Origin: Candidatus Latescibacterota bacterium
GTDB lineage: Bacteria > Latescibacterota > UBA2968 > UBA8231
DNA: 64,000 nt
Assembly (NCBI GenBank): GCA_965197905.1
Contig: CBDAOB010000004.1
Span: 1,248,001-1,312,000, forward strand
Direction of reading: 5' to 3'
The notes under the pieces were generated by a model. The model was not told the origin of the DNA and did not search any database. It saw only the letters and a list, made by a program, of their open reading frames with translations. This document shows positions 51,043 through 61,302 of the stretch, piece after piece (the first letter of the stretch is position 1; the number at the start of each line of letters is the position of its first letter). Position numbers and translations under genes: made by a program.

Positions 51043-52905
51043 ATGCAAAATCGCGGTTTTCGCAGCGGCATTACCACCCAGGGTCGACGCATGGCAGGGG
51101 CTCGCGCTCTGTGGCGCGCCACCGGCATGAAGAAGGAAGATTTTCAGAAACCGATCATCGCCATCGCCAATTCGTTTACCCAGTTCGTACCCGGTCACGT
51201 GCATCTGCACCCGGTCGGTCAGAAGGTCAAAGAGGTGATCGACGCCAACGGCGGCTACGGCGTCGAATTCAACACCATCGCGGTGGATGACGGCATCGCC
51301 ATGGGCCACGACGGCATGCTCTACTCACTACCCAGCCGCGAGCTGATCGCCGACAGCGTCGAGTACATGGTACAGGGGCACAAGGCGGACGCACTGATCT
51401 GCATCTCCAACTGCGACAAAATCACGCCGGGGATGTTGCTGGCGGCGCTGCGTTTGAACATCCCGACGATTTTCGTCTCCGGCGGTCCTATGGAAGCGGG
51501 TAAAACACAGCTCTCCAGCGGCGCCGCCAAGCTCGACCTGATCGATTCGATGGTCGCCGCAGGAGATGAAAGTGTTACCGACGACGATGTGGAAGCCATG
51601 GAGGAATCCGCCTGCCCCACCTGCGGGTCTTGCTCCGGGATGTTTACCGCCAACAGCATGAACTGTTTGAACGAAGCGATTGGCCTGGCGCTTCCCGGAA
51701 ACGGCACCATTCTCGCGACTCACGTGTTGCGCTGGCAACTTTTCGAGACCGCCGCCAAACGCATCGTCGAGATGGCGCGCGCCTATTACCTGGAGGGTGA
51801 CAGCTCGGTGCTGCCCCGCAGCATTGCCACCTTCGAGGCGTTCGAGAATGCCATTAGCCTCGACATCGCCATGGGCGGCTCCACCAATACGGTGTTGCAC
51901 CTGCTCGCCATGGCGCGGGAGGCGGAAGTGAACTTCAACATGTCCGACATCGATCGCTTATCGCGCCAGGTCCCGTGTATCTGCAAGGTGGCCCCGGCCA
52001 CCAACGAGTTTCACCTCGAGGATGTCGCGCGCGCCGGAGGCATACCGACGATTTTGGGCTCCCTCTTGCGCGCCGGAAAGTTGAATCCCGATACCCGTAC
52101 CGTTTCCGGCGAGTCGATGGGCGAGGCGATCGCCAACAACGACCTGCGCAGCGGCGGCGAGCTATCCGAGTTTGCCCGCCAGCGGTCCCTGGCGGCGCCC
52201 GGCAACGTGCGCACGAAGGTGGGCTTCTCGCAGGAAGCGTATTACGAAGAACCGGATCTAGATGAAGAGGCGGGGTGCATCCGCGCCGCCGAACATGCCT
52301 ACTCCCAGGACGGGGGTCTGGCCGTACTCCACGGCAATATTGCCGAAGATGGCTGTATCGTGAAAACGGCCGGCGTCGATGCCGCGCTAATGAGGTTCAG
52401 CGGGCCGGCCAAGGTGTTCGAGTCGCAGGAAGCGGCCTGCGAAGGCATTCTTGGAGATCGCGTCGTGGCGGGCGATGTGGTAGTCATTCGTTACGAGGGT
52501 CCCAAAGGTGGACCCGGTATGCAGGAGATGCTCTACCCTACTTCCTACATCAAAGCGAAACATCTGGGCAAGGAATGCGCGCTTATTACCGACGGACGTT
52601 TCAGCGGCGGAACCAGCGGGCTGTCCATCGGCCACATGTCGCCGGAGGCAGCGGAGGGTGGCGCCGTGGCCCTGATCGAGGAAGGCGACATCATCGAGAT
52701 CGACATAACCGAGCGACGTCTCAATGTGAAGCTGAGCGTAGAGCAGCTGCAGGAACGGCGCAAGAGGATGGAAGCGTTGGACGAGGATGCCTACCGGCCG
52801 CTCAAACGCAAGCGCTACGTATCGCAAGCGTTGCAGGCGTATGCTGCGCTCACCACCAGCGCCGCCCAGGGTGCCATCAGGGACGTATCGCAGGTTGGGA
52901 AGTAG
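51043..52905 (+). CDS. ilvD: Dihydroxy-acid dehydratase
   Basis: [58 protein letters not shown]. Confidence 0.97.
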   Translation: MQNRGFRSGITTQGRRMAGARALWRATGMKKEDFQKPIIAIANSFTQFVPGHVHLHPVGQKVKEVIDANGGYGVEFNTIAVDDGIAMGHDGMLYSLPSRELIADSVEYMVQGHKADALICISNCDKITPGMLLAALRLNIPTIFVSGGPMEAGKTQLSSGAAKLDLIDSMVAAGDESVTDDDVEAMEESACPTCGSCSGMFTANSMNCLNEAIGLALPGNGTILATHVLRWQLFETAAKRIVEMARAYYLEGDSSVLPRSIATFEAFENAISLDIAMGGSTNTVLHLLAMAREAEVNFNMSDIDRLSRQVPCICKVAPATNEFHLEDVARAGGIPTILGSLLRAGKLNPDTRTVSGESMGEAIANNDLRSGGELSEFARQRSLAAPGNVRTKVGFSQEAYYEEPDLDEEAGCIRAAEHAYSQDGGLAVLHGNIAEDGCIVKTAGVDAALMRFSGPAKVFESQEAACEGILGDRVVAGDVVVIRYEGPKGGPGMQEMLYPTSYIKAKHLGKECALITDGRFSGGTSGLSIGHMSPEAAEGGAVALIEEGDIIEIDITERRLNVKLSVEQLQERRKRMEALDEDAYRPLKRKRYVSQALQAYAALTTSAAQGAIRDVSQVGK

Positions 52906-52981
52906 GAGACACACCCGAATAAACGCGGATCCAGAACTTCCTTCGAGCGTCGATATAATAGGGTGGTATCGAGGCCCCCAA

Positions 52982-53010
52982 TTGACAGCCTAAAAAGGGC
53001 CGGCTATATT
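52982..53010 (+). promoter_or_regulatory. Sigma70 promoter of tmRNA
   Basis: TTGACA-17 nt-TATATT, 28 nt before the mature 5' end. Confidence 0.8.
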
Positions 53011-53038
53011 CCACTAACATCTGGTAAAACAAAGTCTT

Positions 53039-53398
53039 GGGGGCGATATGGGTTCGACGGGAATGGCGAAGCCAAGATTGCGTGCCGAGGTCCCCGAAAC
53101 CTCGTTAAACCTTGGGGAAACTTTTAGTTGCCAATAGCGATTACGCTTTGGCTGCCTAAGAATTCTTAGGTAGCCCGCCGGGGCCGATTGAGCCTGCGCG
53201 GCCGGCCCCGACGTCATCTTTAGCAGGCTAGTCTCGGTTCCTGTGTTCGGGGGGGCCGGGGCGAAACTTACTGGACTAGTTCCTTGAGGATCCTGTCAGT
53301 CGGAACCACGGGGGATGAGATTGTAGACTGACTACGCACGTAGGATATCTGGGTAGGATCATTTTCGGACGCGGGTTCAATTCCCGCCGCCTCCACCA
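53039..53398 (+). ncRNA. ssrA: tmRNA; tag peptide (A)ANSDYALAA
   Basis: 5' GGGGGCG pairs with 3' CGCCTCC-ACCA (G3-U Ala determinant); TTCGAC near 5' end; T-arm GCGGG-TTCAATT-CCCGC; tag GCC AAT AGC GAT TAC GCT TTG GCT GCC TAA at 53130-53159. Confidence 0.97.
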
Positions 53399-55427
53399 AT
53401 TGTGAAGATACGCAACTCTCTGTTTCTATGGGAGTTGCGTTTTCTTGTTCTGCGCCGACGGCTTGGCGGTACATACTATGTACATAGTTTTCGCCGATTC
53501 TTAGGTGCTCCGCCACTTTGTCGACCGCCTCGGTCAAACGCTCTTCGCGTGTCCTACCGTAGACGTTCATGGTTAACTCAGGAGTAGCGTGACGCGCCTG
53601 GGCCTCCTTGACCGTCACGTCGCCCCGCTCCAAGACCAGATTGATATAGGCCAGTCGGCAGGCGTGGAAGTCCAGCTTTCCCCCAGGTGCGTACTTGGGG
53701 ATATCCGCCGCCTCCAGATCTTTATCCAGGTCACGCGCCGTGTGCGTGGGAACATATAGAAGCGGGTTATCCGGCGTTTCCTGGTGGGCGTCTTTGCGGC
53801 CATAACGACGGTCATAAAGTTGCTTGGCTTCGCCGGTTTTTGCGAACTCACTTAGTCGATCAACGAGCAACGCCGGGATAGAGTGGAATCCGCCCTTTCG
53901 ATTTTTTGTCCAGGCTGCGTCCAGGTGTAGCCCACGGCGTTTAACATCGAGATGGTCGACGGTGAGGTTGCAAAGCTCGTTTGCTCGTAACCCCGACAAG
54001 AATGCGGTCTCGTAGAGGATGCGACGGTACGTGGGCGCAACGTCCAAAAGGCGGTTTATTTCGTCGACGGTCATCGCCCTGCGTTGCGTCAGCGGCGTCG
54101 TGTCAAAGGGAGCCATTGCGGCGAGCGGGTCGTGCCCCAGGTATCCGCGCTTCACACACCAATCGCAGAAGGCCCCCAGAGCCTCCGCATAGTTGGCGAT
54201 CGTCTTGCCGGCCCTCCCCAGCCTCTGCAACTCGCGCAGAGCCTTTTCTACTCTGGGAAGAATACCGGGCATTTCTCCCAATGTCAGGATACCCAAGTTG
54301 TCCTGCCACCATCCGAGATGTCTACGTCGGTTTGCTGCGTGGGTCGGGCTCCAGGGTAAACCGTTTCGCCCACCTTGTGAGTTCCCCCAGGCCAAATATT
54401 CCGATTTGACGTCCTCGACACTCAGGTGGTCGGTTTGGGCGGTATTTTTCTGCTCTTTGCTGATGGTGATATTGCGGCTCCCCGACTTGCATTTTGAAAT
54501 GAGAATGCCCGCATCCTGTAGGTTCGTCCTTACCTCATTAAGACGACGCCCCAAGGCGCTTGGCGACTTCGGCCACATCTTATCTCGGACATCGATTTTC
54601 TGGATTGCCGCCTCCGCCTCCAGCTCATCCAGCAGCGCCGCCGCTTGTCCGTCCCAGTGGCCTTCCTTGTCCATCAAGGCCATGATCGCGGCCGCTACCG
54701 GATGTCCATACACAACCTCATCATTCTGTTCGTCGATGTTTGCCATATACGCGGCCATAAAGCATTCCGGCGAAGAACCAAGGCCGGCAGCGATAGCACA
54801 CCCCCAATTAGCGAAGTCCGCCAAGCGTGGTTTTGAATCAAGCCGCGTGTTGGTCTTGATCGAGATCGCTTTCGACAACGCGTCGAGCATGCCACCCAGT
54901 ATATGCGGGCGCGCCTGGGAAAATTCTGTTTCGAGTCGCTCCTCGTCCCGGCGTTCATTGTTGGCTATGCGATCCAAGCCGATCAATATGGACCTATCCA
55001 GTAGATCTGCTTTGGTCGCCGCGGCGTTAATACCATTCAAAATGATGCAGCGCCGAAAAGAGTAGATGATATCATCGTCGTCGGTGTAAAGTTGGCGTTT
55101 GCTGATACCGTCCCCCGTGCATCCTCGGCATAGCGCATCGGATTGTTGGGACTGAAGCATGTCTACGTTGTCGAAGGGCACCATGTAATGATGGGAGAGA
55201 ATTTGGGCCAACTCGGCCGGGTTTCGGGGAAAACTCAAATTTTCCAGCGACGATGGATCAATCAGTCGGCGCAGCAGCCGCGACATGAATGTTTTCCCAG
55301 ATCCCTGAGGCCCATGGAGCACTAGGATTGGATGGGGGAAGTTGGGGAGCAAACAGAACACCATCCAGGTTTTTAGGCGGTGTAGATCGTGTGGGACATC
55401 CAATGGCGGAATCGCAAACTTCCGCAC
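53268..55427 (-). CDS. Chimeric ORF: primase-associated P-loop ATPase fused to tyrosine integrase, running antisense into tmRNA
   Basis: VLHGPQGSGKT, FDN, DLLDR in the N-half; SGLRANE, TKN, HACR, ARH, NVY (R-K-H-R-H-Y) in the C-half; junction near 54430; LVEAAGIEPAS is the antisense T-arm. Confidence 0.85.
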   Translation of the reverse strand: MRKFAIPPLDVPHDLHRLKTWMVFCLLPNFPHPILVLHGPQGSGKTFMSRLLRRLIDPSSLENLSFPRNPAELAQILSHHYMVPFDNVDMLQSQQSDALCRGCTGDGISKRQLYTDDDDIIYSFRRCIILNGINAAATKADLLDRSILIGLDRIANNERRDEERLETEFSQARPHILGGMLDALSKAISIKTNTRLDSKPRLADFANWGCAIAAGLGSSPECFMAAYMANIDEQNDEVVYGHPVAAAIMALMDKEGHWDGQAAALLDELEAEAAIQKIDVRDKMWPKSPSALGRRLNEVRTNLQDAGILISKCKSGSRNITISKEQKNTAQTDHLSVEDVKSEYLAWGNSQGGRNGLPWSPTHAANRRRHLGWWQDNLGILTLGEMPGILPRVEKALRELQRLGRAGKTIANYAEALGAFCDWCVKRGYLGHDPLAAMAPFDTTPLTQRRAMTVDEINRLLDVAPTYRRILYETAFLSGLRANELCNLTVDHLDVKRRGLHLDAAWTKNRKGGFHSIPALLVDRLSEFAKTGEAKQLYDRRYGRKDAHQETPDNPLLYVPTHTARDLDKDLEAADIPKYAPGGKLDFHACRLAYINLVLERGDVTVKEAQARHATPELTMNVYGRTREERLTEAVDKVAEHLRIGENYVHSMYRQAVGAEQENATPIETESCVSSQLVEAAGIEPASENDPTQISYVRSQSTISSPVVPTDRILKELVQ

Positions 55428-56475
55428 CGCAGCACTTCATGGTGATCCCCAACGTAAACCTGCGCGTGCGGAACGCGGTGTTGATCATGGAACAGCTTCG
55501 CATGGGAAGCAACCATCTTGGCAAGGCGGGAAGCCTGAGACTCTTTTGCATCACCAGCACCGTCATCCCCGTCTCCGTCAGCAACGCTATCCTCGGTTGG
55601 CTCCCAAGGCTTGGCCTCAGCGAGAATCCGGTCGATGTCGTCACGATTCCACCCTAATCCGTGTACGCCGTCCCAGACATCCCCCGTTTCGGGCAGTGCT
55701 TCGGGAGGCTCGACAATACGGATTGACTTGGCGACGCCTTCCAGGAACCGCCCCACCTGCTCCATATGGCCACGGCCGGCGGTATCGTTGTCGGGCCACA
55801 GAATCGCGTCTTCATTGGCCAAGTAGGCAGTGAGTTCAACGGTCCACCCGCCGGCCCCAAAAGGGTTGGTGGTGGCCCGGAATCCCATAGCCCATAGTGT
55901 GTCAGCCTTAGCCTCCCCCTCCGTGATTACAACCGGACCCTGACCTTTCGTTGTTACGAGATCGTGAAGCCGGTAAGGCAACAACTCAACCCCCTTGCAT
56001 TCCAGATCCAAGCGCCGTTCCCGTCGGGGCGACGGACTGAAAAGTCCTTCCTTCTTCCGTTCTTGCCCGGCTCCTTGCGAACTGTTTGAAATTGCAGATT
56101 GTTGGACTCGTCGGTGTAGCTGAACTCCGCAACGAGCGTTTGCGCTCGATCATTGCTTGGCACGGCGATGCCAAAGTCCTTGATGATTCCTTCCAATACC
56201 ATGGGGAACTGTGCCCGGCAGTCGAGCCCGGTCTGCTGTGCGTAATAGTCGATCGCGTGCCCCCCAGCTTTGCACACCAGACAATAGTGACTACCTGCTT
56301 TTCTTCCCCTAAGAACAAGGTTTCTACTCGGTCTCTGATCATTGTGCGAAAAGCAAATAACATCCGTCGTGTCGCCATTACCCAGATCGGGATGGAAGTG
56401 GGAATAGAAAGGGGTGTAATCTTGACCGAAGTGGTCGAGAATCGCCTTCTTGAGGTCGGGCGTACTGTCGGTCAT
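55373..56475 (-). pseudogene. Primase (CHC2 Zn finger + TOPRIM), frameshifted
   Basis: CFSH...CLVC; VVITEGEAKAD; WPDND..G; 1-nt loss at ~55990-55997 (WIWNA/KGVELLPYRL); ATGA overlap with xis. Confidence 0.82.
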
Positions 56476-56720
56476 GGCAGTTCGCTTCCATCGGCTCGCT
56501 GATTCCGCACCCCTTGGTCCGCCTGTGCTGAAGTGGATCCTTCGAGCCATTCGGTGATCAGAATCCAGTCGTAAATGACCTTACGCCCCACTTTTAGAAA
56601 TGGAATCTCGCGCCGGCTTGTCTTTTTGCGAATAGTGTTCAAAGCCAGCGGCACCCATTCAGCTAACTCCTCGGCACTCAAAAATCGCTTCGAAGGAACA
56701 CCGCATATCGTGCCAAGCAT
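56472..56720 (-). CDS. Excisionase-like HTH protein
   Basis: AAGGAG RBS; FLSAEELAEW...NTIRKKTSRREIPFLKVGRKVIYD...ITEWL. Confidence 0.85.
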   Translation of the reverse strand: MLGTICGVPSKRFLSAEELAEWVPLALNTIRKKTSRREIPFLKVGRKVIYDWILITEWLEGSTSAQADQGVRNQRADGSELP

Positions 56721-56747
56721 TTCAAAATCTCCTTGGTTGCTGAGCAC

Positions 56748-56783
56748 AAAAAAGGCCCAGGCATTACTGTGTATGCCTGGGCT
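56748..56783 (-). terminator. Intrinsic terminator after the AAA+ regulator
   Basis: Minus strand AGCCCAGGCAT-acacagta-ATGCCTGGGCC-TTTTTT. Confidence 0.8.
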
Positions 56784-56832
56784 TGTAGCAAGTGGTATTC
56801 CGAACGACGTAACTATTAGTCGTGAAATATCC

Positions 56833-58299
56833 TTAGGGATCGTGTTCGGGGAGCCGCCCGGCTTCCGAACAGTTTTCCGAATCCCAGCCGGGGATCTCGC
56901 CGTTGGCCTCCAGCACCGTCCAGGCATTGCCGAACTTGGTGCTGGTATCGCTGAGCGTGGACTTGCCGATGCCCAACTCAGCGGCAACCTGGCTTTTCTT
57001 AACGGGTTCGCCGTTCGGGCAGAGCCGTAGTATCGCCCCGAGGACACGGTCCACATGATGGTCATGCACCTTAAGAACCTCAGCCAGATCCCCCTGGCTT
57101 TCTCGGCAAAAGGAGCCAATCTCGTTCCTAATCGTTCTAACGCTCAGACGGTCCTCTTGTCCCCACTGGCGCAATTTTCTCGCAATCTGGAATCGATATT
57201 TGGAAGCCTCCTTGATTCCAGATTGCTGATCCACAAAGTGACGGACAAGGTTGGGTATGTCGGAAACTCGAAAGAGCACGTCAGGAACCTGCACAACATG
57301 TTGGTTGATCCGTTCCAACAAATCCGTTTGGAAACCTTCCAGCGTCGCGAGAGACTGGTTGGAGGTTACAACAATCATTGCACCCGCTCCTGAAATAGGA
57401 TCAACATCGCCAACCTTGGTAAAAGTGCGTTCTTCAAGAACCTGGAGCAGTTTGGGTCGTTGTTTTTCGGCGAGGTAGTTAATGTCGTCGAGTACCAATG
57501 TGCCATTGTTGCTGCACGCCTCGAACCATCCATCCTGATCGTCAGTCGCACCAGTGAAAGCGCCCTTTCTGTGGCCAAAAAGCGCTGATTCGACCAAGTG
57601 TTCGGAAATTGCTGAAACATTAAGTCGGTAAAACCTGCCCTCACGCCCACCCAAATCGTGAATAGCCTTCGCGATGGCGCCCTTCCCTGAACCACGTTCC
57701 CCTTCGATCAGGACGATTGGAGATTCGCCTCCCAATGACAGCTTTGCAATCTGGGCTACGTCGCGGTACAACCCAACCATCGAGAGCGCGTTGCCGACGA
57801 CGCCGAACTGCTGCATTCTCTGGCAAAGACCGTATGCCACTTCATTCGTAAGCCCCAACTCACGCATATAAAAATCCTTGTAGGGGAACGGCTTTTCTGC
57901 AAAATTGCTCCAGCCATCGATCGCTTTCGCCTGGTCGTAGTAGCCTGCCCGCAGGAAACAATCGCGCTGCTCTTCTGGGCCCAAATCACGAACGAGGCGT
58001 TCCAGTTGCTGGAGATCACAAAGCCGGATGATGACGTCTACATCAGGATCGTCTAGTGTAAGTGGTTTGAATTGCGAGAAAGGTTTGATCAACCAATCAA
58101 ACTCGAAGGGCTTGAATAATACCTCCTCGGGCGTCACATCACTATCTTCCATCTTTGAAAACGCCCGTGACAAGAGAGTCGTGAGTTCGACGACGCCCGG
58201 CCCGCCTGGAGCATCCTCCATCTCCCAAATCGGAAGGCCCGTTGGGCGCATCTTCTGCGCGAAGTTTTTGAGGGCGTGCTTCGCGGCTGTCGATTCCAT
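56833..58299 (-). CDS. Sigma54-interaction (bEBP-like) AAA+ protein with C-terminal HTH
   Basis: GERGSGK, ESALFGHRKGAFTGA, LVLDDI, LLQVL; HTH KSQVAAELGIGKSTL; AAGGA RBS before ATG 58299. Confidence 0.85.
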   Translation of the reverse strand: MESTAAKHALKNFAQKMRPTGLPIWEMEDAPGGPGVVELTTLLSRAFSKMEDSDVTPEEVLFKPFEFDWLIKPFSQFKPLTLDDPDVDVIIRLCDLQQLERLVRDLGPEEQRDCFLRAGYYDQAKAIDGWSNFAEKPFPYKDFYMRELGLTNEVAYGLCQRMQQFGVVGNALSMVGLYRDVAQIAKLSLGGESPIVLIEGERGSGKGAIAKAIHDLGGREGRFYRLNVSAISEHLVESALFGHRKGAFTGATDDQDGWFEACSNNGTLVLDDINYLAEKQRPKLLQVLEERTFTKVGDVDPISGAGAMIVVTSNQSLATLEGFQTDLLERINQHVVQVPDVLFRVSDIPNLVRHFVDQQSGIKEASKYRFQIARKLRQWGQEDRLSVRTIRNEIGSFCRESQGDLAEVLKVHDHHVDRVLGAILRLCPNGEPVKKSQVAAELGIGKSTLSDTSTKFGNAWTVLEANGEIPGWDSENCSEAGRLPEHDP

Positions 58300-58536
58300 C
58301 TCTCGTATCCTTATGCGGCAAAGGCGGGAAAGTACGGATCCATGCTGGGCACTGGCCAGGACCAGCGATGCTGCACAATTGAACACTTAGGGACTTTTTG
58401 TGCAGGTATTACTAAGGTATATTCTGGGTATGCAGTTGTCCAGAGATGTCCTTGGATGGCTCAGATCGCGGTGTGCAGCAGAAACTTATTCCTAATCTTT
58501 TGTGCTACGCGTTATAAGTCACCGAAAAATGACAAC

Positions 58537-58695
58537 TTAAGACATGCCGAAGAGATGGAAATTAGCCGTTTGCCCCATGCTTGCCCCACAAAAACGGTGT
58601 TGTCTCGTTTTTTCTTCATACCAGATCTTCCCATTCCAGCAGTACCCCACACCGTCCAATTCGACCTGCCATGTAGGGGTTTCCGGCTTCTTCAT
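58537..58695 (-). CDS. Small hypothetical protein MKKPETPTWQVELDG... (52 aa)
   Basis: GGAG RBS; its ATG overlaps the integrase stop in the reconstructed attP. Confidence 0.5.
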   Translation of the reverse strand: MKKPETPTWQVELDGVGYCWNGKIWYEEKTRQHRFCGASMGQTANFHLFGMS

Positions 58696-58907
58696 ATCAG
58701 TCTCCGCATGGCCGAAACGTGGGCGAGTAATGTAATGTGTTCCTCCACCAAGCCGCCGTATGATCAAGAAACCAAGTGATCCACCAAGGCCAAGGAGTTC
58801 ACGGAGCTCATGCACCGAACGATAGCGGCGGGGTCGACGGCTTCGGGCTCGCGCCCTTCTCGCCCTCTGTCGGGGGGTGCCGAAAACTTTTTCGACGGAG
58901 AGGATCC

Positions 58908-59891
58908 TTGCGATACATCATCTATGGAGCGGGCGGCATCGGAGGCACGATCGGCGGGCACTTACACCGCGCGGGTCGCCAGGTGGCGCTGGTGGGCAAT
59001 GCCGCCCATGTGGAGTCGATCCGGGCCCGGGGGTTTACCTTCCTGACCGGCGACGGGAGCTATTCTCTGGAGATCCCCGCGTTCGAGACGGCGGGGGGAC
59101 TGGCCCCTTTCCACGACGACGACATCGTCCTGCTTTGCGCCAAATCCCAACACACGGTCCGCTGCATGGGGCAGTTGAAAAACGCCGGCGCACCCCGGTC
59201 GCTCCCTGTCGTATGCTGCCAGAATTCGATCTGGAACGAGGCGGCGGTCACCCGCGTCTTCGACCGGGTCTACGGCGCCGTGATCTCCGTGCGGGCCATC
59301 TTCCTGAAGCCGGGAGAGGTGATCAATCCGGTGTCGGAACGCGCCGGCTATATCGAGGTGGGGTGTTATCCCTCGGGACAGGACGAGGTCTGCGAAGCGG
59401 TGAGCCGCGATCTGTCGGAGGCGAGTTTCTCGGCACACGTCAACGCCGAGGTCATGAAGGCCAAAGGGGCCAAATGCCTGGGCAATCTGGTCAACGCCCT
59501 GCAGGCTATCACCGATGGCAAGGGAGACACGCGAGCCTACTTGGAACAGGTGCAGCGGGAGGCCGAAGCCGTGTGGGCGGCCGCCGGCATCGAATGGGAA
59601 GATCGAGGCTCGTACGGCGAGCGGCGCGCGAGGTCGGGCGAGGTTGCGAAGAAGCCTCCAGGATGTGAAGATGTCAAGGCAGGCGGCTCCTCCTGGCAAA
59701 GCTTGGTGCGAAGCACCGGCTCCATCGAAGCGGAGGAACTGAATGGGGATGTGGTGAAGCTCGGCGCCTATCTTCGAATTCCGGCGCCTTACAATGAACT
59801 CCTCTGGCGGCTGGCAACCGAAATGGCTGCCAATGGCGAACCGCCGGGCAAATATTCGGCCGACGCACTGATGGCGATGATTCCGCAATAG
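58908..59891 (+). CDS. Ketopantoate reductase (PanE/ApbA) family oxidoreductase
   Basis: RYIIYGAGGIG, CAKSQ, CQN, K..GNL.N, SSWQS, E.EELNG; TTG start after GGAGAGGA. Confidence 0.88.
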   Translation: MRYIIYGAGGIGGTIGGHLHRAGRQVALVGNAAHVESIRARGFTFLTGDGSYSLEIPAFETAGGLAPFHDDDIVLLCAKSQHTVRCMGQLKNAGAPRSLPVVCCQNSIWNEAAVTRVFDRVYGAVISVRAIFLKPGEVINPVSERAGYIEVGCYPSGQDEVCEAVSRDLSEASFSAHVNAEVMKAKGAKCLGNLVNALQAITDGKGDTRAYLEQVQREAEAVWAAAGIEWEDRGSYGERRARSGEVAKKPPGCEDVKAGGSSWQSLVRSTGSIEAEELNGDVVKLGAYLRIPAPYNELLWRLATEMAANGEPPGKYSADALMAMIPQ

Positions 59892-60146
59892 AATACCAGC
59901 ATGTCCGCCAAGTTCAAGGTTCAGCGAGTCCTGGCGCCCATGGTTGATGGTCTTGCGCCCTGCGGTTCCAGAGGAGGAATAGCCCTGAAGGCCGGTGGGC
60001 GCAGTCAGATCGGCGTAATCGTCGCCACATCGAATATCAGCGCAGTTTTCGCCACGGCGCTGCTCGCGCCTTATATCACCCGCTTCGCGGTTCGCAAACC
60101 GGCATGACATTGTGCGCCATAGAAGCAAGGGGAGAAGAGTCACGGC

Positions 60147-60483
60147 ATGAAGAAACGAAACTCTTCGTCGGATGCGCTTGTGTCGGTCCACGGTGGACAC
60201 AGCAGAGAATTCGGCGATGCAGATGAGTCCGCCCTTGAAGAAATCGTATGCGCCTACATTCACAAGGGCTTCAAATGGGTGGGTATTACCGAACATATCC
60301 CGCCCGTTTCAGCGGACTTCCTGTGGCCTTGGGACATTGAGAAGGGTCACACGGCACCAGTCGATGCTACGTCGGTTCGAAGAATATTTTTCCGTCGCTC
60401 GCAAGCTCCAGGTGGAGTATCGGGATTCCATTCACATGTTAGTTGAGGCCAGACAATTTTTGGAAAATGCGCCACAATTATGA
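60147..60483 (+). pseudogene. PHP-domain histidinol-phosphatase-like fragment
   Basis: VSVHGGHS, GITEH; frame switch near 60355 into ...FEEYFSVARKLQVEY; truncated. Confidence 0.7.
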
Positions 60484-60540
60484 CGTTGGACCGATGAAAG
60501 CAGGAAGGGACAGAGCCTCCGAGCGTCTTCAGTAAACATT

Positions 60541-61302
60541 ATGCGGGAAAGTCAGAAACAATTTAAGAGGCCCCCAAAAAGACATCAGCCGAGGGGGCTT
60601 TCGATTCTCTATGAAGATCGAGATATCCTGGTCGTGGATAAGGTGAGTGGTCTTTTGACAGTGAGTAATGAGAAAGTCAGATGCAATACAGCTTATTATC
60701 TCTTGAATGATTACGTGCGCAAAGGGAATCAGAAATCAAGGCACCGGGTATTTATCGTGCATCGTCTGGATAGAGATACTTCCGGTGTTATCGTGTTTTC
60801 CAAGAATGAGAATGCCAAGCGTTATCTTCAGGAAGAGTGGCAGGGATTTCAAAAGAAGTACTATGCCCTCGTACATGGAACGTTACCGGAGAAGGAGGGT
60901 GTAATTACTTCCTATCTTGCAGAAACCCGTGCTCATAAGATGTATTCTGTTGGTGATCCGAAAGAGGGTAAGCTTGCTAAGACCGGGTATAGAGTTCTGA
61001 GAGAATCACCAAAGTACAGTCTTCTGGAAATAGATCTGTTGACCGGTAGGAAGAACCAGATCCGGGTCCATCTTTCGGACAAGGGCTGTCCTGTGGCTGG
61101 CGACAAAAAGTATGGAGTCAAGGAAAAGGGCATCAAAAGGCTCACACTTCATGCGGCCTCCATTACAATAGTTCATCCGTATTCAAAAGAGAAGATGACC
61201 TTCACAACAAAGGTTCCCGCCTATTTCGAATCACTTATAGAGGGGTCTAAAGGGGCACACAAAAGCTCAGGAAGAAGTGGACCCCAGAATTCGGACAGCT
61301 AG
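60541..61302 (+). CDS. RluA family pseudouridine synthase
   Basis: ILYED, DKVSGLL, VHRLDRDTSG, TGRKNQIRVH, GDKKYG, LHA. Confidence 0.93.
   Translation: MRESQKQFKRPPKRHQPRGLSILYEDRDILVVDKVSGLLTVSNEKVRCNTAYYLLNDYVRKGNQKSRHRVFIVHRLDRDTSGVIVFSKNENAKRYLQEEWQGFQKKYYALVHGTLPEKEGVITSYLAETRAHKMYSVGDPKEGKLAKTGYRVLRESPKYSLLEIDLLTGRKNQIRVHLSDKGCPVAGDKKYGVKEKGIKRLTLHAASITIVHPYSKEKMTFTTKVPAYFESLIEGSKGAHKSSGRSGPQNSDS

Larger units (their letters stand above)
53390..58751 (-). mobile_element. Degenerate integrative element (satellite/PICI-like) at the tmRNA 3' end
   Basis: Direct repeat CCTCCACCAA at 53390-53399 and 58742-58751; integrase, primase, xis and regulator genes inside; visibly more AT-rich than the flanks. 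Confidence 0.85.

Noticed and set aside
53014..53217. 67-aa ORF
   Set aside because: It is antisense to tmRNA with no coding signal.
55990..55997. Programmed -1 frameshift in the primase
   Set aside because: A-AGG-GGG is not a canonical slippery heptamer, and other lesions in the same gene favour decay or error.
56701..56716. TGGCAC-containing sites in the island (also ~56159) as sigma54 promoters
   Set aside because: GG-GC spacing is 8-9 nt rather than 10, and both lie inside coding sequence.
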